Source: Oopsacas minuta
Taxonomy: Eukaryota > Animalia > Porifera
Direction: 5' to 3'
Length of the DNA stretch: 64,000 bases
Assembly (NCBI GenBank): GCA_024704765.1
Contig: JAKMXF010000110.1
Location: 558,001-622,000 of the forward strand
The notes beneath the pieces are model-generated. The model was not told where the DNA came from and did not search any database. It was given only the letters and a program-made list of their open reading frames with translations. Below, one piece after another: positions 1 through 10,998 of the stretch. A program made the position numbers and the translations under genes. Within the stretch, counting starts at the first letter, position 1. Each line of letters starts with the position of its first letter.

Positions 1-424
1 ACAGCTAATTTGTAATTTGATATAAGGTGTTGTAACTATTATTTTCTACTAATTTATAGGAATAGATTAAGGTACAATTTGCACAGACATAATATGGTAT
101 AACTCACCAAGTTATTCGTGATTATTTTATTGATGTTTACTGATGTTTGTCTTTGTGTATCTTGTATTTTGTAACTGTAATTATGATCTATTTGTGAGAC
201 ACAGACGAAAGGGTTCACTAGATAATTGTTACTCGACAACAACATTAGTGTGATTAGTGCATGGTTCATATGTAACTGTACTCTACACTGTTAGCATACG
301 TCTGTAGCATATTGCATGCATCTTGAAGCAGTCACGATTTCGACCAGCATTCGCAGCAAAATTGTATTACGATACACACAAGATTAGAGATTAGTTTGTA
401 GATAAGAAACGTATATTCTGATAG

Positions 425-988
425 ATGAAATTCTCGCTGAAAGTGAATACATATAATAAAGGAAACATCTCATCAATATTTCAGGAATCAAACCAGATTA
501 CAGAAGAAGTAATATCTCACAAACCGAAGAAACCGAAAAACAAGTCTGACAAGACTGCGCTCATTCAGAGACACAAAACGGAAGGAATTCAATTTGCAGA
601 AAAAGGAGATCTAGAACTTTCCGTAAAGAGCTTTGAAGAGGCAATTAAGCTCTCAACACATGATAGTACCATATTTGAAATGAAGTCTCAAGTTCATTTA
701 AGATTAAATCAAATATTTCCAGCTATTATAGACGCCCATAAGAGCATAGAACTTTCTCCTACTTGGGGGGCCGCCTACCAGACATTAGGCAGGGCACAAC
801 TGGGTCACGGTGACTTGGATCTAGCCCTCAAGAATTTTCAAAAGTGTCTCCATTCAGAGCCTGACAATACTGAAGCCAGAGACGAAGACATTCCTTGGTG
901 TATGGAGCTTGTTAAGCAGAAAAGAATTATGGAAAAGAGAATAAAGTTTCAGTCTGAAATGTCTTTAGAAATGGAAGTAGACTCATAA
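425..988 (+). CDS. TTC33: Tetratricopeptide repeat protein 33-like (single exon)
   Basis: 187-aa ORF with three TPR-like repeats; AYQTLGRAQLGHG...KCLHSEPDNTEARDEDIPW resembles the TTC33 family from memory. Confidence 0.8.
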   Translation: MKFSLKVNTYNKGNISSIFQESNQITEEVISHKPKKPKNKSDKTALIQRHKTEGIQFAEKGDLELSVKSFEEAIKLSTHDSTIFEMKSQVHLRLNQIFPAIIDAHKSIELSPTWGAAYQTLGRAQLGHGDLDLALKNFQKCLHSEPDNTEARDEDIPWCMELVKQKRIMEKRIKFQSEMSLEMEVDS

Positions 989-1127
989 AACTGTAGTATT
1001 TTAAACTTAATAATCGTGTATTTGAATTTGATATTATTTCATAGATTTTAGTGTGAAGCTCCTTAGGGAGACGCCCCTTGGCTATTGCCTGTACCTCCGC
1101 GGTCCCTGAGAAATACTACTCAAAGAC

Positions 1128-1912
1128 AATTCTTATAGAACCATACTTTCAATAACATACTTATGATGAGTATAAATACTCTTTGAATTGTACAATAAGT
1201 TAGGAGGCGAAGTGTTACGTTACTTCGTAAAACAATTTATCAACAGAACATTTGAAGAATTTCTCAACCTAATGACGAAACACGCAACCCTCCTTTTTGG
1301 AAATATTTATACGTGAAGGTCGCCATTAATTAAACTATACAACAAAATTGCATTTGTAACGGGGTTCATTGGTGCAAAAATAAAGCATTTGCACTTGATT
1401 TTCTTGTATTTCCTGTTGTGACTTCACCTCAATAGTTGTGGCTATTCTTATAAACCCATACTTCTCAATAGCTATCTATACAGGAGTATAAATACTCTTT
1501 GAATTGTAAAATAAGTTAGGAGGCTAAGTGTTACGTTACTTCGTAAAAACAATTTATCACCCGGAAAATGCCTGAATTCTTATACAAAATTACGTATTAC
1601 GCAACCCTCCTTTTTGGAAATATTTATAAGTGAAGGCCGCCATTAATTAAGCCATACAACAAATTGTATTTGTAACAGGGATGCTTGGTTTGATTTCCTT
1701 GTATTTTTCTATTGAGAAAATCACCTCAATAGTTGTGGCTATTCTTATAAACCCATACTTCTCAATAGCTATCTATACAGGAGTATAAATAATATTTGAG
1801 AACATGAGTAAGTGGAGGCTAAGTTTTACGTTACTTCGTTACACAAAATTTTTATCAAATGGTTGGTCAAAACATACAAATAACGTAACACGCGACCCTC
1901 CTTATTGCAACA
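1128..1912. repeat. Tandem duplication, ~300-315-bp unit, 2.5 copies, each with an internal imperfect inverted repeat
   Basis: ttcttata..ccatact..caata...gagtataaata recurs at ~1128, ~1443 and ~1740; aggagg..gtgttacgt ... acgtaacacg..ccctcct arms lie inside the units. Confidence 0.85.
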
Positions 1913-1936
1913 GAATTGAATTGAAACTATGGATTA

Positions 1937-1992
1937 CAGTGTAACCTCCAGAAGCGGGAGGACTAATCTCCCCGCTTCGAGAGGTCTCACTG
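1937..1992. mobile_element. 56-bp palindromic micro-MITE (CAGT termini, TA target-site duplication)
   Basis: TA|cagtgtaacctccagaagcgggag-gactaat-ctccccgcttcgagaggtctcactg|TA. Confidence 0.7.
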
Positions 1993-2330
1993 TAATCAGG
2001 CCAGGGTAGCTTGAAATCGAGACTGGGGCAAGTCCCAGGAACTAGAGAACTGTTTTAGTATCAAGGCTAAGTATTGAAATAACTGTCAGTGAATTTTTCG
2101 TGTCTCTACGGTGCAAACTATAAACCTAGGAATTTGAACTTTTTCAAATTGGTGCAAATAACTGTCTTACTCAATACCGCAAATTGGAACAATCATAGTT
2201 CCATTTTATAACACATATACACATTTATCCTATTATATCACTAATAGAATACACACTACATACTATATAGAAGCAATAAACCAATCAAATCAAAGGGGGG
2301 GAACATTAATTAATAAAAAGATACATCAAG

Positions 2331-5300
2331 TTAGATATCAGGACTATCCGTCTTGGTCCTTGTTTCAGGCTGAGCTGCCTCCAAAGGGAGCAAATGCTCA
2401 TCATCAGACGAATCCGCATTCAGAGGATCCATGTCATCAGATTGCATATTTATACCCGTATACAAATTCCTATTAACCCCACGCGTTGTGCGGTTGGTGA
2501 AGCTATTCGACTTCCTGGTTAGGCGGATCATTAGGATTATTACGACAGCAGATACAACAAGAAGGAATCCTAACGTGAGTACTATTAGGACTAGGAACAC
2601 AATACCACCCGCATAAGCCTGATAATCCCCCGCATCGACCTGGATAAGATCAGTGACGTCACGAACCGATATTGCACTACCATGATAAGAATCAATGCTT
2701 ATACCAAATCCCCCGTTATTCACTGACGTCACTAATTTACTCTGTAACGTCGTGAAAGCAACATTAGCACCTTCCACGTTAAATGCAAGATACAAGATGT
2801 AAGAGTTCGGCTGTATGTTTACCTCTAGCTCGGTTTGAGGGGTAATGATATCTAAATCGGCCAGTTTAGTCATTATTGCTGTATTGACTTGATTGAGCCA
2901 TTGATGAGGGGATGCAGCTTGAGAAATGTTAAATATTTGATTGAATTTTAATTCAATTACGAATAGTTTTGGGTACACTTGGACAGGGAATTCTAGGGTA
3001 AAAGTGTTGACGGGACCTGTAGAGAAGGGATGTGATTAATTTTCACACATTTAATATATAAACATAAGGCCCCTGTTAATAATAAACCTGTTTCAGCTTC
3101 ACATGATCTCCCATCTAAGCATGAGGGCAGGCGGAATTTCATATCACGTCAGTTTATGACGTTATCATAACACAAAGTAGACAATTCAGGAAAATTCAAT
3201 GATTCAACTTGTAAATATGTGTAATTAAGCGTGTTAGAGGAGGTCTGTGAGGATAAAATCACTACTATTCACCCGTTAGCTAGTAAATATATTGTGTAGT
3301 TGAATTTCACTGATAAAATGGTGAAATAATAACAATACTCATGTGACAGGTAAACTTAATGCGAACAGTGGAGCTGAAACAATTTTAACTAACAGTGGCC
3401 TTACAGTATTTAATACTTACTTGCGACGGATACTTTAAGAATGTAAGTCCCTGGAGAATAGAAAACATGCTCGAATGAGTAATCTTGAGTCAGATAATCG
3501 CTATTCCCGATCTTTCCTCCACTGATATTAAACCAAACTGAAAAATGTGTGTAACCGAATATTGATTGTGAGATGTTAGAATTATTAGCTACAGAGTTTC
3601 CAGAAGTTAGATAGGAATTGAATACAGTTTGTGCTCCTACCTAGATTGATAGGAATGTTAATATTAGTTAATGCGTACAATAAGAGACTGTGATATTCGT
3701 ACACCAGGAATACTTGCTTTATTTAGGATATTTGTAACTGAGGTTAATGTCTATCTAATTGATTAATTACACAGACAGTAGATCGCTTAAAATAGTTACC
3801 AGAGCGATCTATAGTATTTGCTAGTTTGGTTCTGGCTAAAGTGACCTAATGGCTCTTACATCAGAGCATATGTAAACACAGTGGAGTCTCCCAAAGCAGA
3901 CAACACCTCTACAACGAACAAAAGGCAAACCTCCAGTCAAATCGAAGAAATTATGGCGGTCCCTTAAGCTTCGATATAACTGGAGTTAATTATATTCGTG
4001 TATGCTTACCTGGGCCCCATAGAGATGAGAGTATACACCTCCATGTATTTGATTAGCTACAAAAATAGCCTCCGAATATGTGTACTGATAATCTGATGTG
4101 AATACTTGTACTTTGAATGTTCCTGTTTTCATAAAAGTGTGATGTATAATTTTACCCAAAACGGTTTCTCTATCTGATCCATCTCCAAAGTCCCAGATGA
4201 AATGGTCATACTCTTTAGCTGTCGTTTCTGTTACCTATCACAAATACAAATGAAATATTGAGGTGTGGAAATATGATTAATCAGGTAATAAATAATTATA
4301 TCAACATTTCATACACTACAACAATCAATAGAATAGAAGTGTTTTGATAAATTGTGAAAAGCTTCCAGACTGATTTGTATAACTTTATCCACCAAAAAGG
4401 TGTCAAAATATCACTTTACAAATATCTACAACACAAAATGTCCCATGCAACATCTCCCTACATGACCTGTACTAAAAACAACAATCAAATAACTCACAAG
4501 GAACTCAATTGACTTTCCAAGAGTTGCCCAATGATCCTTCAAGTCTGTAGAACCAAACATAATATCACCAGTACCATTACACGACACAACAGTAGGTTCA
4601 TATAAGAACGTATCTCCTCCCATACAAACGTCTCCAGCAATCTTTCTAAATCCTTTAGTAATAGAATAGCTTGATACACCGACAGTACATGATTGAGTGT
4701 AAGGGTTCGGAGGTTGTGTAATATCCACGATACATTCCTCACTGGTAGGATTAGTGTGTTTATAACCCCAATCACATTCATAGTCTACGATAGTACAAGT
4801 ACATATTGTTATGTTAGTCTCTCTTTCATACTCCAATCCATTGTAGCAGATGGATGTGGGCTTCTTCCGCTCCCAGCTTATTGAAGATCCTAATTAAGGA
4901 TAAGGGACTGTTAATGGTAGACTTGTTTCAGTTCCACATGATCTCCCATCTAAGCATGAGGGCAGGCGGCATTTCATTATCATTATCTCATTAGTTTATG
5001 ACGTTATGATATTACAAAGTGGACAATTCATGGACAATCGTCTGTTGTTATAAACAATTAAGAATTACCTAACAAACAATCTCTTCCAATTCTTGTATTG
5101 TAAGGCGACCAGGAGAAATAATCATTATCTTGACAAGGAGTAGACAATATTCCAGAATAATCAACTGTTACAATTTCCCAGTCCGGATTGGTTGCTGTAT
5201 TGTCATAAGCAAATAGTACATCAACTAGCGTAGCTTCTCCTGGCTCTGTCACTAGTCCACCGATAGTTACCTACAGGAAATCTTTAGGATAATACAGTAG

Positions 5301-8300
5301 ATGCTGATTATAAGAACACCCTTGGGAGTAATAATACATGTTCTTATAACAGGAATATATGTTAATTGATTCAGTGTATAAATGCTAACATTATATTATT
5401 CGAGATATCCTTTTGTTATATTCTAGAATGGCAGAAGCAAAGGGAGCAACAGAATATCTACATTCATCAGGAGTTTGTGACGTCGTTGAAGATGCACTTA
5501 ATGAAATGTTAATAGCTGCGATCAACAAGCCTTATCAGGAGAAATTCAATCCTCTAGATTTTATAGTAGTGTATCTGTACAAGCATAATCCTAAACATAT
5601 ACTGAAGAGAGCTTATATTGATAAACTATGTGAGATACCATTTGTACAGGAGAAGTGGATGGAAACACCGAGGAAGGAATTACCTTTATCTGCTAGGTTA
5701 GTTAGAAGTCGCTACAATTATTTGTCCACCATTTCGAAGCTCAAGGGACTGCGATAATTACTTAGATATAAGCGGGTAGTTCGATATAACGTGAGTGAAC
5801 TGTAGTATGTCTTATCCGGGTTCTCTTGTATATCTAGACTAACAAAGCATGAAGCAGCTACTATCATACAATCAGGCTGGAGAGGCTATATAACAAGGAA
5901 AGATGAAACAGTTCAAGACTTCAGAGTATGGCAGAGAGAGGTTAAGGAAGAAAAGCGAGCTGCTAATGTACTGATTACATGTCTCAAAGGATGGGTAGAA
6001 AGGAAAAGGAATTATGAAACTACTCAAGATGTTACGAATACATAACTCATAGCACATATTCTACTATCCTCTCTTATCTACGTATACATGCTAATTATAT
6101 CACTTATTATATGTATTGAGTGCTATAAGATTATTAATAATATGTATGAGATATAGAGATTATCGAGATAAAAGCACAACATTCTTTTGGTTGCTAGGAT
6201 AATATTAGAAATATTCTGAGAGACCAATAACCACTGTATCCCAATAAATAACACAAATAACAACTAACGTTATACTCAGAGAATGAGTACTGATACCAAC
6301 TCTGTCCCTCATCCAGTGAATACTCCAGCAAATGAGCCTGTTCTGATAGGTAATCTTTAACAGCTGTTATAACACCTGCATGATCTGCAAACGTTACTAA
6401 CCAGCTACCTGTGTGTGTACGTGACCACGATACACCCCCATCAGTGCTAACGAATAGACTTATCTCTGCAGGTGATATAGCCTCACCGATAGGAATAGAA
6501 GCACTCTCTCTACCGATAGCTAGTAGTACTCCTACTGATGACGACCTGAATAGTGATTTATTAATTCAAAGTAGCATTTGATGATAGTGTCAATGATGTA
6601 CAGTAATTCCCGTTATAACTAACCTTGAGAATAAAGTAGTCTGTATATTATGAGCTAGTGCAGTTAATGACAACAAAAAGTTAAGAGAGCAATAAGGTAG
6701 ATAACAGAAATCATTAGAAGCAGCAGGGACTAGTGACCATTCTGCTCCACTATCAAACGTTATCATAGTCATAGCCTGGTTTGTAGGCACATATACGTTA
6801 GCCAGTATAGTCCCATTCATACCGTTAACAACGTGTACATCTGCTTGTGTGAAATCACCATATACGAGGGTGAGTACATTTTCGAGAGATAGTGTGTAGA
6901 ATGTTCCTGTCTCGTCTGAGAGGAATAAGTCACCAACCAGACCAGTTGATTGTGCTAAACGAGTACAATAGAGTGTTAATTAAGTATATGACATATTACA
7001 ATAAAATTACAGATTAATAATCTACTTACAGCTAGTAAGCAGGACAAGCAGCTGTTTGTTATGCACTGACACTATATGGTAGACCTGATTAGCTATGTAT
7101 GTTGCTGTAGGGAATAGAGCTTTCCTGAACGATCCTCCTAGATGAGAGACCCACAAGGCAAGGACATTATTCGCCTCCTCCTTCTGCACGAACATGTAGT
7201 CTCCTACCCTATTCAAATACGTCACTACAACAGCTCCAAGATTAGTGTCTACCAGAGCCTTGGTTATTGAAGTTTGTATGTGTACTTTGTATAGTAATTG
7301 ATCTTGTAATATGACGTACATATATTGAGAAGAACCTGTATAATAAATCTATTAGGTTAGAGTAGTAATAGGATACAGTCAACTCCGGTTATATCAAACA
7401 TGCATATACTGAAGTACCCGCTTATATGAAAGTTTGAAATTGTACAAATACGGTCAAACTAACATATCTTCCATCGCTTATACCGAAGTAATTATCACGG
7501 TCCCTTGAGCTTCGATATAACTGGATTTGACTGTATTATACATTATCTAGTATAAATAATCTACATTCCAATGAACTACCTGGATCTCCAAGCTTATAAC
7601 TATCAACATCTTCCACCATTGTGAACCAGCTCAGCCCTCCCGTAACAGACCCCAAAACTTTTCTATCAATTTTATTGTATGCAGCCATAACCTGATCATT
7701 CCCAGGGTAGAAATCGAACCAATCAAAAGGATCCCCGGTAGACACCTTGGTGTAAGTAGCACCTTCATCACTAGTTACATACACAACTCCGTTTGAGGAA
7801 TCTGCGATTGCTATCTTTGTGTGATCTGTCTCCGAAATTGCGAATGCATCTAGTATAACGTCTGAGTCAAATTTAGAAGTTTGTTCTGTAAATGTAGCTC
7901 CGTAGTCATCACTACGCCATAAAGTGCTATCAGTAATAACAGTCTAGAAGTATAATGTGTGATAATTAAATTAGCAAATAATCTGTGATAAAGCACATGA
8001 ATGAGTATTCTGATAAATAACAAAATCCACCGGATGACCCATATGGATGCTTGGTATTCTTTTTATTTAATTGGACCCTATAAGTATATGATTATTCGTC
8101 ATTTGACCATGGATGGTGGGTTTAGCTTATATTATATTATACACAAACTCCTCCCCCTCCAAACAAGCGAGGAATGCCTCGAACTGCCCTGAGACAACAT
8201 TCATCCAAGCAGATAAAGTAATCCACCATCCATGGTTAATTTCATGCTCCAGACCTGATATCCTAGAACTTACATTATCATTATTGAGGTCATATGTTAT

Positions 8301-8648
8301 AATGAATACCACACTACTCTTCTTCAGTCCTGACCAATGGATAGCCGCGTAGTTATGTAAATCACCTTCTAGCGTAGTGTGAGTATGTATGAGTTCTGAT
8401 GGAATTGTGTCTCTCCTAATACGATCTCTTTCTTCCTAAAGAATAGAAATCAAATCATAGTTAGTTTCAAGTTGCGGATCCTTTTTTGAGTTTTTATATA
8501 AACTTACATAATTCGCCCGATTTTCTGAACCTTTAGGCTTTCGCTGTATTACATGTGATTGACCAGGCTCGAGACTCAAAAGGCGTGCATCATATTGTGA
8601 CGTAAACAAGACAACAAACAGAATAGTAAACAACAAATTATAATGCAT
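2331..8648 (-). CDS. SorCS-type VPS10-domain sorting receptor (multi-exon): signal peptide, furin site, VPS10 beta-propeller and 10CC, two PKD-like domains, membrane-proximal domain, TM, tail with YxxPhi and DxxLL
   Basis: Exon 1 8648-8508 (MHYNLLFTILF... signal peptide, GTAAGT donor); exon 2 from 8435 (RIRR|D, IHWSG); BNR repeats YVTSDEGATY, ITFDSGAEW, VSTDGGVSW, YSLDEGQSW; 10CC DYECDWGY...FRKIAGDVCMGG; PKD-like WDFGDG (~4100-4230) and HVFYSPGTY (~3440-3540); last exon TM plus YTGI and DSSDDEHLL. Confidence 0.85.
3089..3354. repeat. Dispersed ~265-bp repeat of unknown class; near-full copy at 48061-48326, partial copies at ~4925-5034 and ~21631-21700
   Basis: tttcagctccacatgatctcccatctaagcatgagggcaggcgg...catgtgacaggtaaa matches by eye in all copies, all in the same orientation. 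Confidence 0.8.
5428..6045 (+). CDS. IQCK: IQ-domain-containing protein K-like, nested antisense in a SorCS-like intron; join(5428..5696,5838..6045)
   Basis: FNPLDFIVVYLYKHNPK...IPFVQEKWMETPRKELPLSAR|LTKHEAATIIQSGWRGYITRK...FRVWQREVKEEK; phase-2 GTTAGT...TAG intron joins in frame; IQ motif present. Confidence 0.8.
7376..7533. mobile_element. MITE family A (TIR CAGTCAACTCC.GTTATATCGAAG, TA TSD; Tc1/mariner-pogo type, non-autonomous)
   Basis: TA|cagtcaactccggttatatc ... cttcgatataactggatttgactg|TA; relatives at 9583-9844, 18910-19037, ~20947-21000, 23262-23411, ~26765-26846, ~26925-27085, ~29200-29530, ~30790-30915, ~55674-55748. Confidence 0.85.
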
Positions 8649-9582
8649 GCTAGAATAATAGAAAACACGATTACATAATTATATATTTTGTAGGCAGAAA
8701 ACTCACGGAATAAAACCAAAGGCTTCCATCATCAAAGAAATTGTATAAGTCAATTTTAATTATACAAAAGAGTCATTCCAGATTGATAATATAATCTAAG
8801 ATTTACATGTAACTTGGAAAACAGGGTATAATGGTATTTCGAATCCATAGAAGCACGTAGGGAGTTTGTAAACGGTTGAATTATCAATAATTACACGCAC
8901 ACACCGAATTATCTCGCTCCATGACGTGAGGATATGTAATGTAAATATACAAATACTTCCGAGTTGATGCGTTACGTATATTCCCCATACTTGTCAACCC
9001 CTCAGGGAAATATCTGCAAATTCTGTAGAAATTACCCCAAACATACAAGTAAATTCGTCTGCCTACATATGCAATAAACCTATTCAGACTATTGTAAAGT
9101 TTATAAACTAACATTTGAGTAAAACATATATTTATTTATCCGCTATGAATATTTAGTTATGACTCGATATAGCCTCGTGACAGCATACGGTCCTTTCAAA
9201 CAGAGCTACATTTGTGTAATTCAATATTCTATAATACAAAATTCTCAGAAAGACACAAATATGATTGCAATCGCTCTACGCAATCTAGTTAGAGACTAAA
9301 CGATAGTTCAGTTCCGTAATCCGTGAACTACGTAATATACTGACGTGCCTAATGTACGGGAATCTTGTTACGTATAGCGGTATAGGGTATAAATTTTGAA
9401 ATTCCAAATACAATGTAACTTGAGATTTGATAATACAGGTCCCGAATGGACTGGCCAATGGCCTATATGTGCAGGTGGCTGACTGGCTGCTATATAGATT
9501 GGCCAAATTCGCAGCTTATACTATATTTAGAATTCAGAGCTATTTCACTGATTGTTTATTTCGAAAAACTGTTATCACTTAT

Positions 9583-9844
9583 CAGTCAACTCCCCGTTAT
9601 ATGTATCACGGATATATCAAAATACCCGCTTATATCAAAGTTTGAAATTGTACAAATATTGTCCCAAACCGTCAAAGTAATACATTTATCATCGGTTATA
9701 TCAGTCGTGCAGCGAGCCGGCAATTTCATGGATCGGACCGAACCGTCACGTATTTCTCTGGGCGGTCCAGACCGCTGCATCTCTGGGCTATATCGAAGTA
9801 ATTATCGCGGTCTCTTGAGCTCCAATATGTCTGGGAATTTACTG
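9583..9844. mobile_element. MITE family A copy with an 84-bp GC-rich internal insertion (9702-9785)
   Basis: Family A ends present; the insert cagtcgtgcagcg...cgctgcatctctg is absent from the other copies. Confidence 0.7.
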
Positions 9845-9867
9845 TAGTTTGTATTAAAATTAGCCAT

Positions 9868-10305
9868 ATGGATACCCATGATGCCTCAGATAAGCCTGAC
9901 CTTCTAACCAGACTAGTAGCCCTCTTACAATCTAACGCTGTTCTAATAATAATACTCTGTATCCTGTACTTCTTATGGACACGGAGACCTAAGAACCGCG
10001 GTGCTTCTCCTAACGACCAGGGTCTATACGAGAATAACAATACTAAACTAACTACTGTACACGAAGCTATGCTAGCTCAGAGAGAGAGACTGCAGGATGG
10101 ATATCAACAAATAGCTACAGATTTCGCTGCCAAACAGAATACTGTTGAGAAGGAAATTGAAGAGAAACGGAAAGAAAATAAAATAAAAACTAAGTCCCAA
10201 CGAAACGACTATAATGTCCCGGACAGATACTACCCGTTAACAGGGGCTGGTGGGGGGTCTTATCGTCCCGCTAGGAAGGGGAGAGGGGGTGGAGGTTGAG
10301 GGTAG
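9868..10305 (+). CDS. SELENOS: Selenoprotein S (VIMP); TGA at 10297-10299 = selenocysteine, true stop TAG at 10303-10305
   Basis: TM helix, coiled coil (RERLQ...EEKRKE) and C-terminus YYPLTGAGGGSYRPARKGRGGGG-UGA-GGG-UAG, matching the SelS GG-U-G* end; SECIS downstream. Confidence 0.9.
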
Positions 10306-10334
10306 TGAAATTCTGGTCCCCCCTCTGTGTTTAA

Positions 10335-10400
10335 TATGCGTATTCATGACGTGTTTGTTCTAATCCTTACAGGAGGACAATCACTGATATCATATGCATA
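10335..10400 (+). promoter_or_regulatory. Type II eukaryotic SECIS element
   Basis: Helix I TATGCGTAT/ATATGCATA; core ATGA(10346-49)/TGA(10385-87); helix II GTGTTTGTTCT/AGGACAATCAC (one mismatch); apical AA plus CCT-TAC-AGG mini-stem. Confidence 0.9.
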
Positions 10401-10998
10401 CAGCTCAATTGTTATAGAATTATTATCCAATCAATTGCTATCTTTCTATCTGTTATTCTTTCAATTTAATTATGGGTACTGTTTGTGTACAACTAAAAAG
10501 GCCGTCTGTAATATACTATTTCTGCCACTGACTAAAACTCCTGATTTAATAAAGGGTTAGGCTGCCTGACTGTCCGTATCTGTTAGTGGCCTCTCAACTC
10601 TAACGTGATTATTCCAACCAGTCATACTTGTCAACTCCTATAAACTGTAAATGCTTCTCCCTATACCAAATTAATGAGTTGACACATTCTACTACCTCTC
10701 ATAGACTGCAATGCAAATATTGAGATCCCCTGCTCTGCTGTCATCAGTGAACCACCAATGGGTCCATGAGCCCCAGATTGGGAATCGCTAGTTAAACTTT
10801 TGGTATACTCTGAGCCCCTGACTTATAGGACAATAAAACTTCTCGCTATTTCGCATATTGATATTAACTTGCATGATTTCAAAGTAGTTCGCTAAGTCAT
10901 TATATAAGATTATTATCACTTAGAATCTGTATTAACAATTATTCTATTTACAGATTATATTAGGTTTATTATACTAACATTAGTCAGCTCAGATATTC

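Noticed and set aside
3878-3897. 18-nt identity with 43867-43884, and a possible extra SorCS exon
   Set aside because: Both are ends of CAGT-type MITE remnants, not coding homology
9285-9847. Several overlapping ORFs upstream of SELENOS
   Set aside because: They run through MITE sequence and have no coherent protein signal
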